A stretch of 64,000 nt of DNA from Octopus sinensis (Eukaryota): positions 14,694,001 through 14,758,000 of the forward strand of contig NC_042997.1 in NCBI RefSeq assembly GCF_006345805.1, written 5' to 3'. The translations under genes were made by a program, and so were the position numbers. The notes under the pieces are model-generated. The model was not told the DNA's origin and did not search any database. It worked only from the letters and a program-made list of their open reading frames with translations. Below are positions 1 to 12,773 of the stretch, one piece after another; position 1 is the first letter of the stretch, and every line of letters starts with the position of its first letter.

Positions 1-154
1 CACCTTTCTTATCTTCTGCCTTTTTCTCTCTAATAATCACCACCTTCATGTACCTTAACATAATGTATTGAAACATCAACACATCACTATCTCACCCTCC
101 AACTGGGATAACCACACTTCTCCTCAACAGCAAAACACTTGTTTCTGTCCCTCT

Positions 155-332
155 ATCATCATCATCATTTAGCGTCCACTTTCCATGCTAGCATGGGTTG
201 GACGGTTCAACTGGGGTCTGTGAAGCCAGAAGGCTGCGTCAGGCCCAGTCTGATCTGGCAGTGTTTCTACGGCTGGATGCCCTTCCTAACGCCAACCACT
301 CCGTGAGTGTAGTGGGTGCTTTTTACGTGCCA
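155..332 (-). mobile_element. RTE 3'UTR-type repeat, 5'-truncated
   Basis: (CAT)n-TTAGCGTCC..CCATGCTAGCATGG.. family, near-identical to copies at 912, 19483 and 23906. Confidence 0.8.
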
Positions 333-911
333 GAATCTCAGCACCTGGCATTAAGCTACTTCAGTCTCTACTACTTCCCCACTCAGTCAAGCAGCTGTTT
401 TGTGAGTTAGTTGGTGACCTCACTAGTACCAGTGCTATCAAAAAAAAAAAAAAAGAAGCACCCACAACACTCTGTAAAGTGGTTGGCCTTAGGAACAGAC
501 AGTACCCAGCTGTAGAAACCATGGTAAAGCAGATATTATAACTTGATGCAGTCCACTGGCTTGTTGGATCTTGTCGAAACATCTAACCCATGCTAATATT
601 GAAAATGGATACTCTTTTACTTGTTTCAGTCATTAGACTGTGGCCAAGCTGGAGCAGCACCTGAAAGCATTTTAGATGAACAAATTGACCCCAGTACTTA
701 TTTTTTCAGACTCATTTACTGGACCCCTAATTTACAGGGAGATAATTATTCCAAAATTTGTTGTCAAGCAGGTGAAAGGGACACGTACACACACACACAA
801 CCCACCCACAGACACACACACAGACATATATATATATATATATGTATGTATATATATATATATATGTATGTATGTATGTGTATATATATATATATATGTA
901 TGTATGTATAT

Positions 912-1176
912 ATCATCATCATCATCATCATTTAGCGTCCGCTTTCCATGCTAGCATGGGTTGGACGGTTCAACTGGGGTCTGTGAAGCTGGAAGGCTTC
1001 GTCAGGCCCAGTCAGATCTGGCAGTGTTTCTACGGCTGGATGCCCTTCCTAACGCCAACCACTCCGTGAGTGTAGTGGGTGCTTTTTACGTGCCACCCAC
1101 ACAGGTGCCAGACAGAGCTGGCAAACGGCCACGAACGGATGGTGCTTTTACGTGTCACCGGCACGGGGCCAGGCGA
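912..1176 (-). mobile_element. RTE 3'UTR-type repeat
   Basis: Same family as 155-332, longer. Confidence 0.8.
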
Positions 1177-2044
1177 TACACACACATACAACAAGCTTCC
1201 ACATAATTCCTGTAAAACAAAATTACTCACAAAGCATTGGACTGGCAGCCTGGGGTTGTAGTAGAAGACATTTGCCCAGGGTGCTATGCAATAGAACTGA
1301 ACCCAAAAACCCTGTGATTACAACACAACACAAGCTTCTTAATCATACAGCCATGCTGGTGCCCATTAAATTTTTTTTCTTCTGTCAATGTGATGAAAAT
1401 ATAAATTTGTATTCCATATTTTTTTAGCACTGATACAGATACCTCTTCACCATCTTTCTAAATTTCTACTGCTATGCTATTTTTTTTTTCTTTTCAAATT
1501 GTTTTTAGATTTTTACATCAGAATTTTCTGGAGAGATTCTCTTTCTACATTGTAATTTAAAATAGTGTAGCTAATCTTTTTGTTCAATTTTTTTAAGTGA
1601 CTTCAACAAATCACAGTCTCCAAAACTTATAAAATAACTATATTTTGAAAAAAAAATATTTTGGAGGTCATTTCACATGCTAATCAACAATAAAACAAAA
1701 CTATTTAATTTGCCATACCCAATGTTTTTCTTAAATCATTTCACTGCACAACTACTATAAGAAATTATCAAAATGATATAAAATAAAAACATAAGTAACA
1801 GACAAACAAAACTACATTGTTTTCTACTTTTGTCTGTTGGTCACTTGACAGTCATTTGGTCATGTGATGCAATAGGTGTCTGCTGAAGGCTTTGATAATA
1901 GCAGCATATCTCTCTCTCTCTCCCTCCCCCACCCTGTAGTATATGCTGCTGTCACCATCACTTTCTGCACACTCACTACCTCTTTCTTTCTCTCTCTCTC
2001 TCTCACTCTTCCTTTTTTTCACTCCTCCTCTCTCTCTCTTTCTC

Positions 2045-2236
2045 TAAGTGTCCCTTACACTTTCTTCCACTCACCCTTCTTTTTAGAGTTACTAACACAC
2101 ACACACACACACACACACACAAACCCCAATGCACACAGCTGATAAGTGTCCCTTACACTTTTTTCCACTCACCCTTCTTTTTAGAGTTACTAACACACAC
2201 ACATTCACATATACAAACCCCAATGCACACAGCTGA
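2045..2236. repeat. Tandem duplication of about 96-bp unit
   Basis: 2045-2142 and 2143-2236 differ mainly in the (CA)n tract. Confidence 0.9.
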
Positions 2237-2258
2237 TTTTATATAATGTGACACTTAC

Positions 2259-2475
2259 CTCATTCCAACAGTAGACTTATTCTGAAAATTTTTATAAAAC
2301 TGGGGCACACCTAAACAAGCCTCAGCAAACACAGCCAAAAATCCAACTGTTTCAACATAGAAAGTACTTTCAAGGAATAAGAAGTTCATCAAAGTGAGAA
2401 AGGCCACAAAGAAAATTAAAAACTGTAGATAACTAGCAAAGTCTGTCCACTTCCAGAAATAACGTGTATCAAAAT
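2259..2475 (-). CDS. PQLC1: PQLC1-like coding exon (217 nt) with second PQ motif
   Basis: Acceptor ctattttcattttag|AT completes the Asp codon. Then FDTRYFWKWTDFASYLQFLIFFVAFLTLMNFLFLESTFYVETVGFLAVFAEACLGVPQFYKNFQNKSTVGM + AG|gtaagt. Phase is compatible with the previous exon. The terminal exon was not found in 1-2258. Confidence 0.95.
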
Positions 2476-3155
2476 CTAAAATGAAAATAGAAAATTGAAA
2501 CAGAATAAAAATTTTGAAAAATAAAAAGCATATATAAATAGGAACGTTTTATAGTTGCATTAAGGAATACATTAAAAACAAATAGAATTCATTAAAAAAT
2601 AATCAAATTATTTTATTTGTAGGCATAACTGTGTAGTTAAGAAGTCCTAACCATGTGTGGTTAAGAAACTCACTTTGCAATATGGTTTTGGGTTCAGTCC
2701 CACTGCACAGCACCTTGGGCAAGTGTATTTTGCCATAACCCCATTCCATCCTATATCTGACAGAGGAAAACTCTGTGGAAGCCCATCGTGTGTGTGTGTG
2801 TATCTGTTCCACCACCAATTAAACCAATTGGTGTTAGTTTAATTACATTCTGGTAACTTGGCAGTTTGGCGAATGAGACCGACTGGATAAGTACCAGACT
2901 TTAAAGAATATGTACTGGAGTTGACTTGTTCAACTAAACCCTGCAAGCCAGTGCCCCAGCATGGCCTCAGTGATTGACCAAAACAAGTAAAAGATAAAAG
3001 ATAAATTAAATTCCTTAAATTAAACAAATGTAAATTGTTAGTTTCTTACATTCTTTTATTCTTTTCTACTCTAGGCACAAGGCCTGACATTTTTTGGGGG
3101 GCAGGGGACCAGTTGATTAGATCAACCCCAGTATGCAACTGGTACTTAATTTATC

Positions 3156-3390
3156 GGCGGCGAGCTGGCAGAATCGTTAGTATGTCGGGCGAAATGCTTA
3201 GCGGTATTTCGGCTGCCGTTACGTTGTGAGTTCAAATTCCGCCGAGGTCGATTTTGCCTTTCATCCTTTCGGGGTCGATAAATTAAGTACCAGTTAAGCA
3301 CTGGGATCGATATAATCGACTTAATACCTATGTCTGTCCATGTTTGTCCCCTCTATGTTTAGCCCCTTGTGGGTAATAAAGAAATAGGTA
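3156..3390 (+). mobile_element. tRNA-head SINE with Nin/Deu-like core
   Basis: GGCGGCGAGCTGGCAGAA..GAGTTCAAATTCC (B box) followed by TTTGCCTTTCATCCTTTCGGGGTCGATAAATTAAGTACC. Confidence 0.75.
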
Positions 3391-3522
3391 CTTAATTTAT
3401 CAACCCCAAAAGGATGAAAGTCAAAGTTAACCTCGGCGGAATTTGAACTCAGAACGTAAAGGCGGATGAAATACTGCTAAGCATTTTGCCTGGAGTGCTA
3501 ATGTTTCTGCCAGCTCGCCGTC
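3387..3522 (-). mobile_element. Same SINE family, inverted neighbour
   Basis: Reverse complement of 3156-3291. Confidence 0.75.
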
Positions 3523-3853
3523 TTTTCTTGCATTCTTTTATTGATAAATATAACTAATGATTATGTACATGCGCCTAAAACCTGAAATATTCTATAGGGA
3601 AGTGTATAAATGAAATCAATGACAGTATTTAACTGTCTTTCATATACTATACTGGGGCTCAACCTTGAAGGATTTAGTCAAAGAAATCAACCCAAGTACT
3701 TATTTTTAAGCCTTATTCTGTCAGCCTCTTTTGCCAAACTGCTAAGTAACATGATGTCAACAAACCAGCACTGTTTGTGAAGCTGTGTTATGGGGTGGGA
3801 GAGAATCACATACATGCATACATGTGCACATACACAAACACACACATAAATAC

Positions 3854-3894
<41 letters not shown>

Positions 3895-5627
3895 CATACA
3901 TACACATACATATATATATACACACACACACACACACAATGAGCTTCCACATAGTTTCCATCTACCAAATTCCCTCACAAGGCTTGAGTCAGCCGAAGGC
4001 TATAATAGAAGATTCTTGCCAAATGTGTCGTGCAGTGGGATTGAGCCCAAAATCATGTTGTTGCCAAGAGTTTCTTAACCACACAGACATGCTTGTATGT
4101 AACTGGGTACTTTATTCCATTGACCATCAAAGGATCACTGGCAAAGCAAGCCTCACTAGAATTGGAACTCAGATCATAAAAGGAAGTAAATATTATTAAA
4201 GAAAAATATGATTATGATTATATGATTTAAAATAAAATATTAACAAAAATATTTATTTCCATCAATTTTACTTTCGCATAATGTTGAATCTTAAATAAGT
4301 AAAATGCAACATAACTTCTTTTTATTCCTCATCCCTTTTTTTTTGTTGTTATTTTAATGAATTTTCTTTCTTTGTTTTTAAATAACACTTTTTGTTCATG
4401 GGAGGTTTTGGCTGTCAACCTTCTGCTCCCTCCCACATTTCATCCTCCAACACCCAAGAAGCATGGGTAATGGTGCCAAGTGAAAAGCACTGGTGGATGC
4501 TGTCATGTAAAAAACAGTGGTGATGGCGTCATATGAATAAGCGCTGGTGATGGTGCTGCGTAAAAAGCACTGATGATGATGCCATGCAAAACGCACAGGT
4601 GATGGTGCCACCTAGAAAGCACTGGTGCTGGTGCCACAGAGTGCTTGGCATTAGAAAGGGCATTCAACTATAGAAACCAAGCCAAAACAGAGCATGGAAC
4701 CCAGTGCAGCTCCTTATCTTGCCAGCTCCTATCAAACTGTCTAACCCATGCCAGCATGGAAAACAGATGTTAAATGATAATGATAGTGATGATATGAAAC
4801 CATGCTAAGATCACAGGTCACGAGTAGGTGACATACAACTTTTTAGAGAAACAGACTGTCTGGTCTAAAGGTCATTCCAATCTTGTATTTCTCCAAAATT
4901 CCTGTGAAAGATTTAAATTTGATATTGGAAGGTGGGTGAGCTGTTTTTTTATATGTTGTTTATCATGTTTGATGACTGAGGTTGGCTTTTCTTGCTGTTG
5001 GAGCAATCACTTTTACAGCTAGATGTTTCCACTAGTCCTCATCTCACAACAGTGAAACTAGCTGTTCAAGAATTTGGACCTGGAGATCTCCATTTCCAGC
5101 GACTTCAAGGGCTACCTCCTAGTGGTGTCGGGCGTCAACGAAGAGCCCTCGACTACAACAAGACGACCAAAGTTTTTTTGTTTTTTTTCCAAGATCTGGG
5201 GTCTCCCGCCCCTAAGCCCTAGACCATCACCTAATCACCCTTACCCGTCTTGTTGCTTAACAACAACAGTGAAACTAACTTCATGTCGAGTACAAATATT
5301 AAGTATCTTATGGAAAGGCACAACACAATAATTGTAGTAAGGTTTAAAGTCAGGATCATGTGGTCAGTAATCAAGTAAAGCCCAACAGCCACTGTGCCTC
5401 TGACAAAGGTAACAAATCATTGTGAATTACTCAAAGTTATTTGCTACTGGAAACAAGGAATCCAGCACATGTAAACTGTACTTTCCTTTGGTTCATGGTA
5501 TCACTAAAAAGCAGTCCAGAGTTCATGATTTAACAGTTTCTGTTGACACTTTATCTCACTTTTTAATATCTAAGAAATAAATTTGGACAAGCAGGGTCAG
5601 AAAGTAGATGGGTGCCAGAAACAATAA

Positions 5628-5847
5628 CCCTTTAGCATTTAAACCAGCCATATCTAACTCAAATATTCTACCTGTTTTGTGTTCACACTGGCTAGAGCTG
5701 ACCGCTCACACCTCCCCTACAATGTCATTCCAAAAATAGATGATTACATCATTGAAATCTCAAAGCTAAAACATAATGTACAATCAGTTTAAAATGATAT
5801 GAATAATTATACATTAGATTTCATAAAATAATCTGAATTCTAAAGGG
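5628..5847. mobile_element. piggyBac-type MITE, second copy
   Basis: ATAA|CCCTTTAGCATT...AATTCTAAAGGG|TTAA. Confidence 0.7.
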
Positions 5848-7451
5848 TTAAAACTAATGCATGTAGATTCCCCAATTCCTACAGCTTGAGCCAACAAATC
5901 TGAACACATTGCCACAGCAATGTTGAAAGTAGGTGACACAAACTGTTTGAATAAACAATTACTGTGATGAGATATATAATTGTTATGGTTGAGATCAGCT
6001 GAAGCAGGCTGGAGATAAGACAAATCTAATCAAAAGAAAATCAATGTGCTTAGATATGTGGTAAGATAGGTACAGATGAAGGTGAAGCAGTTCTAACACA
6101 TTAAAAAAAAAATAGACTGATAACCATTACAATGAGTGAAGTTTTGATATTAATGGTGCTGAAGACAATGATGATGATAATGAGGAGTACGTTGAAGAGG
6201 ATGGAGGAAAGACCTCAACAATAAGATGAAGAATTAATAGCATATGAAAGGATTGAATTAAGTAAAAATGCTTTCAAGAACCTCTTTGGATGCTTTATAT
6301 GAGATAAAACACGAGGGAGATTTAACATTGGTACCATCTATATAACATAAGACTAGACACCAGACATTTCCCATCATTTTCATAATCACTCAAGGAGATG
6401 GGCTGGTAATGACATCAACAATGATATCAGCAACAAAACATTTCACCAAAAATCAGTAACACTGAGACAAGTTATATTGGTTTTTGTTGTATAGGAATAC
6501 CTAAGAAAAGGTTTTTATTTATATATTTAATGACAAAGGGAAAAAATAAAGTATCCCGAGTTACTTATTGATGTTTTCTACAAACTTTATTGGTTTGCCA
6601 ATACATCTCAATAACAAAAAAATGGTTTTTATTAAACATCTTTTTATGTCTGTTTTTGTTATATAATAACAGAAATTGAATAATTCTGCAAGTTTGGACA
6701 TGTGTATGAATTCTGAGTGTAAGTTCTTTCTAAACAGGCATGATAATAAAGAATACCATGAATAGGGTTATATTAGATTATATTACATTACATTATATTA
6801 TATTATATTATGTTATATATATATATATATATATATGATGATAATATATATATATAAACTATTCACTGGAAACATACTCTCCTTCTAAATTGGCCATCAT
6901 ATTCTAAATTACTATTTTATTAATATTCTAAATATTAACTGTGAACACTCAAACCTCATGTCCTCTCCTTTACTGAAACAAATTTCTCCAGTCTATTTCC
7001 TTTATTCTTAATTGCTCTACACACCTAAAGAAAATAAGGAAGACTTTATGTGATCACTCAACTTGCTATAAATAGCAGCTAAATCTCTCTCTGATCACAC
7101 TTCTGCCTACTTATCAGATTCACATATCCACTTAACCATTACCATGACAGGCTCTTTGAGCTGCTGGTTCTATGATACAAACTTCATATTTTAAAGTACT
7201 CTAAATTAAAACCTTTCATCAAAATTTCATATTATTTTATGTGGTAAACATTAAAAAATTAACTTAATAATATCCAAGATATTTCATTAAATTCTTCCTT
7301 ATTTTTAAAATTAATTTAAATGAAGGTAGTGTAATATCAAGAGAAATATGGTAGCAAAAGGGTTAACCATGGCTGACCTAGGGTTAAACAACATCACATG
7401 TTCTACATTATTTACATTTGATGGATATTTGTCCTCATATTGTTTGTTGTT

Positions 7452-7497
7452 AACACAACGTTTCAGCTGATATACCCTCCAGCCTTCTTCAGGTGTC
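7452..7497 (-). ncRNA. Minimal Penelope-type hammerhead ribozyme motif
   Basis: GACAC-CTGAAGA-A-GGCTG-GAGGGTATAT-CAGCT-GAAAC-GT-T-GTGTT: 5-bp helix I, 5-bp helix II and loopless palindromic helix III (AACGTT). Confidence 0.6.
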
Positions 7498-7577
7498 TTG
7501 GGGAAATTTCGAACCTGGGTTCTCATTCCTAAGGTATTTTTTGATGTTGTTGTTGTTGTTGTTATTATTATTATTAC

Positions 7578-7615
<38 letters not shown>

Positions 7616-7750
7616 GATGATAAGAAATAAATGAAATACTGGCTAAAGGATTTTACATGTAGATATAACTGGGGTACTTATGTGTACACATGACTCTTAT
7701 GTGTTTTTCCATGAGTGCGTGTAAGTATTTCATTTATTTCTTATCGTATC

Positions 7751-7808
7751 TTCTACTGAAGAGGGAAGAATCCATAGGATTTATCCCGAAATTGATTCAA
7801 TATAGCAA
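7751..7808 (+). ncRNA. Type I hammerhead ribozyme motif (canonical core)
   Basis: CTA-CTGAAGA-GGGA[AG-AATCC-ATA-GGATT-TA]TCCC-GAAA-TTG-ATT-CAA-T-A-TAG: complete CUGANGA/GAAA core, three helices, AUA cleavage triplet (A at 7802). Folded by eye. Confidence 0.7.
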
Positions 7809-8060
7809 TAACGAACTTTTTAAAAAATTTCTGTTGGCTTGCTTTCCTTGATTTCAGCAGGACGTGTATTTATAGTGAATGTATACTGAAATGTGGAAAT
7901 TGACAATCTAAAGTCTGTTCTCAGCATATTGGCATAGAAATCATTTTACTTTTGCTCTTGTTTATAAGTTGTTTATAATTTTAACCTTTAAAGGTATTTT
8001 AATATGCTGCCACTTTTGATGAAATATTTTCTGAAAAAAATGTTATCCTATATTAGTAGT

Positions 8061-8119
<59 letters not shown>

Positions 8120-9416
8120 TATCTTACAAATATGAAGGTTCAGCCATATGTTTAATTCTCAAAGCTAAGAAAATCACATAGATGCAGTTTCTCTGCTGAC
8201 AGATTCTCATCCAACAATTGACTAACCTTTTCTGTTCCCTAAATATCTTTCTAAATTTTTCTTCATCTATACTTTATTGCTAACAATCTTAGTCATAATC
8301 CAAAGCTTTCTATACCATAAAATAATCATAGGCAGATATATCAATGTCCACTATCTATTTATTCCTCCTTATTCTCTTGTTCTGCTCACAAAAACTAATC
8401 AAGAGCAGAAACTAAAGTCTTTGAAGTTTTCAATGATCTGCATCAAACACATTACCCAAACACAGCACCTACATTAATTAGAACTTCCACCAATATTCGA
8501 TACTGTGATGATATTTAACAACATCAAATACAAGCCACCACCACCACCTTCATCATCATTTTTACAACTGCTTCCATGCTGGCATGGGTGAGGCAGGTCT
8601 TCACAGACCAAGTCATCTTTCATTGGAGGCTACTGCTTCCAAAGTTTGGGTACTCATAAACAGTACATGGCTTAGTTTCTATGGCTGGGCACTCTTCCTA
8701 ACAAAAACCACTTTACAGAAAGTACTAGATGCATTTCCTTATGGCACCAATGTTAGAGAGGTAAAATAGTCCTTAACAAGACAAGATTAGGGAGACCACA
8801 TAATTCAACATTTTCTCTGTTCATACATGCAACTATTTTGGCTATATTGTTCCCTCTGCTGTTAAAACTACACACAAAATTCATATTATGAAGTGAACTA
8901 AATTAAAGCCTTCAATCAAAATTTCAAATTAATATGAAGTAAAGGGAACAATACAGAGAGAAAGGCCAGGAATGATTATTTGTAAGGAGGTGAGACAGCA
9001 ATGACATAAAACAGACCAGAATGGGTGGGAGGGTGGAAAGAATGTATGGAAGGAAGAAAATAAGGAAATGTCGGGGTTGTGTGGAAGAGTGATTGGCAAT
9101 GGCAAATGCAGATTCTAATAATTTAAATCTTAATTTTAAAGGTTCTGCTCACTACATACAGCTCATCATTACTTACAAACTGTTTATTTTTTTTTTTTAG
9201 AAAACATCAATATTTTTCAATACCATGTCAAAAAGGTTTGGATTACAGTAATTTGAAGTGAAGTCTAAATTGTTGTTTCTCATTGATAGCTTTCCCAAAT
9301 ATTTTACATATTTAACAAAGCATAATCTAAAAGACTTTTAAATAATTCACAATCACATCTCAATATGATTCATAAAAGCAGTTCACCATTTAAGAATTGC
9401 ATTATCAACTAACATT

Positions 9417-9457
<41 letters not shown>

Positions 9458-12222
9458 AGATGAGAAAATGGAGAAATACATCTAAATCAAATATCAATTA
9501 GCAGATAATACTCAATCACATACTTTATTAAACCACCACATAAGAGACTGTAGGGTTAAATATAAAAAGCAGAACAAATCAGTGTACATAAAGGAATGTA
9601 CATAAAAAAGTATATATATATATATATTAAACACAAACATATACATGTCCTTATTTATATTAATATAAGCAACATGTTTTAAGCAATTTTGCAAAAATAT
9701 GCTAATTTTAGCTTTAAATATATAATTACAAATATTTTGAATTAAAGAGAAAAAAATATGTTAAAATATCTAATAAAAATGACAATGAAGCTGGTCAAGA
9801 AAAAATACATTTAATTAAATAAATTTTAAATTGAAAATTCTTTAAAAAAAACGATAATTGCTTTCATGTTCATCTCTTAGAATCAAATATTAAGGTCTTT
9901 GAGGATAAAAAGAAATTAGTAAATGGAAAAGGATGTTTAGTTAATAAATACAAATACGTAAAATTGATCACACAGATTTTAATGTAAATGAAAATACACA
10001 CTATAAGCACTAATTTGAGACAGAAAAGAGAAAAATATCTGCTGGCACTACTTAAATATATCTATCACTTGTAATGCAATAATAGCAAAACAATTTCTAG
10101 TCCCTAATTCCAAATGGAGTAGTATGGGATGTTCTGTAATATAATCGATAGACACATGGCCTGAGTCCTGTCAGTGGGCCTATTTCTGTTTCCAGACTCA
10201 GATTGTGCTTATAATGTCTAATACCAACTGCAAGTGTATTTCAAAGTGTTAATGTAAATACCACACATAAATCCTACAATTGGTATTAAAATATTCATAT
10301 TTAGTTTCATGAGTTATGAAAAGGGGTAAAGATAAATAGATTAGGAAGCTATTAATGAAATACATGCTTTTAGTAAAATAGATATTTTTTTCTTTTATTG
10401 GGATTAATTCTGAGATTTTGTAAGGAAGAGGAAGGAGAAGGTGTAATATTCATATAAAGTTGTAAATTCCCAAAGGAATTAGTAATGTGAGAGAGGAACT
10501 TTGAATTGCAAATCAAAATTCCAGTAACCAAGTCTTACCACAGAGTTTGCTTTAACATAATAGTGCTGGCAACATTTTAGGAGAGTGAAAATTTCTTATT
10601 TTTGTGAGTGTAGGATGGGAATTGGTACAGCTGACTGCTGTGAGTAACTAATACTTATTTTTCTCCAGTCCAGAGGATGAAAAAGTTAATGGGTCTTAGA
10701 GGGAATTTAACTTAAAACAGGGAAGTACTAAACTAGCCAAAAAAAATATGTCATATACTTACACAGAAAAATAATAATAATGGCAATGAATTAATATCAT
10801 TTTTATTTTAACACATACCTGACTTTAATTTGGATTTTTAACACTGAAAGCATTACATAAGCTTTCACTTATTTAACTGTTAAATAAAATTTGATTGATA
10901 ATTTTACACATACATCATAGAAAAGGCATCTTAGCTATTTTTAGAATACAGAAAATCTGTCACATTTACTTTTGATTTATTTCTTAGGATGTCAAAATTG
11001 AATGTAAGAGATTTTATAGATCCTGTTCTTAAGTGGCTGAAGTAGCTCTTCTACCATGTAATTGCTCCAGTGTCAACATACACTCTCAGATCAAATCATT
11101 TGTCAAGCAAGTATAACTATAATAAAAATTCACTTACATTAGAACTGAAAATTATACATCTTGGTAATTTAATCACTAATATTCAAACAAGTTATAATAA
11201 AGAGTTCCAACAGTGAAACATCCAAGGAAAAAATAATGTGCATTTATCCATTCAGTTATATAGAACCTTTAGTCTAATACTCCATTCTCTTGGTTGCTTT
11301 GATAATAAACATGATAAACATAATAAATATGATAGAAATTCAAGTAGCAACTTCAAGATAAAATTCTTAAAATAAAAGTAAATTTAGAAGTTTTATATTA
11401 AATTTCATATAAAATATCAAACATTTAAGACTAATGTTTAATATTTTAGCTTCATTTTAACAATTAGTCATGTAAATTTTATCTTAGATCATAGGGCTAT
11501 GAGTTCAAAGAAAGCTAACAGTTAAACAAACCTATCTTACTGAAAAGTAAAATAAGAATATAATATAAAAATACAGTTTTGGAAATATGTTCAATAAATG
11601 ATGATTGTAAAATTACATTTGAACTAATATATTTTACCAATTGAATATAATCATGTTTTGCAAGATTTTTAACATTTCATTGGGAAATATTGATAAAATA
11701 TGATATATGGAATAGAAATTAGAACAGGTCAAAGTTCTCTATCATGAATAAATACTTGGCACAGCAAATAACTTTCTGTAAAACAGATTTGGTTAGAAAG
11801 TCTGTTGTATATAAAATTAAGGCACAAATAGAGGGAAAGCACAAGACAAAAAAAGATGAGAAATATTCAACAAGTTCTTGAAGATATCAATGAAAAAGAA
11901 TTATTCATTGATAATTTCATTAAACTCTACGGCTTTGTGAGTAGAAATAAGGAAAATAAATGGGTAAATCTTGTTTCTATCATGCAATCTAAGCAACATC
12001 ATCTAACAACACTACAAACAGAAGCAGTAAACAGTGTGCTGAAGAAGAGACAAAGAGTAACAAAGAAGAAGAAGAAAACGATGATGATAATAATAATAAT
12101 GACTTTGTAAATGAACAAACTGGTGTGTTTATTTTAATGGCCTACCAATGTATACTGTGAGTCTCTTTGCCCTGAGTGTTGGGAAGACACTCAGTAAGAA
12201 ATGGAAACAAAATTGAAAGAAG

Positions 12223-12260
<38 letters not shown>

Positions 12261-12773
12261 TATAATTATAATAATTTGATCATTTTGTTTAAATTATTAT
12301 CACAGAAATAAGAGCTGTTAAGGATATTCAGAGGATATTTTTTAACATTTCAATATGTTTGTACAACTTTGTGTATAAGGAAGACTATAAAAAGGCAGAC
12401 AACAGAAAATAAATAACAGAAGGTCAAATAAAAATTGAAGGTCAAGGCAGGTGAGAAAAGGACAGAAGCACATTCCTGCTGGTGTAACAAGGAGGCTTAA
12501 TACCATTCAGCTACATACCAAGAAAAGTTCGGCCTGGCAGTGTGTTTGCATGGCAACATGATGTTGTATGTGAAGAATAACATTCTTCTGTTTTGAGGCA
12601 TTTTTTCCCATCTGCTGGTAGGACACAAATACAGAGAGAAGAAAAAGTTAAGAGAACCACCCAGAATTGGGACAATTCAGCACACGAAGTGACATAGATG
12701 AGAAGTTAAGGAGATAATTAAAAAGAAAGTACACACAAACATACACACACACGCACACACACACAGTCACATA

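Noticed and set aside
198-410. Recurrent ORF MDGSTGVCEARRL.. (also 961, 19533, 23958, 53486)
   Set aside because: Antisense reading of the RTE 3' UTR repeat, not a gene family.
3687-4199. Long ORFs rich in YIYI/HTHT/CVCV
   Set aside because: Translations of (TA)n/(CA)n microsatellites inside SINEs; the same holds for similar ORFs throughout the window.
11137-11143. ttttcag|TTCTAAT|gtaagt pseudo-exon on the minus strand
   Set aside because: 7 nt would shift the frame; likely chance.
11856-12110. 84-aa ORF MRNIQQVLEDINEKELF..
   Set aside because: No recognisable motif, no splice signals, and it ends in low-complexity repeats.
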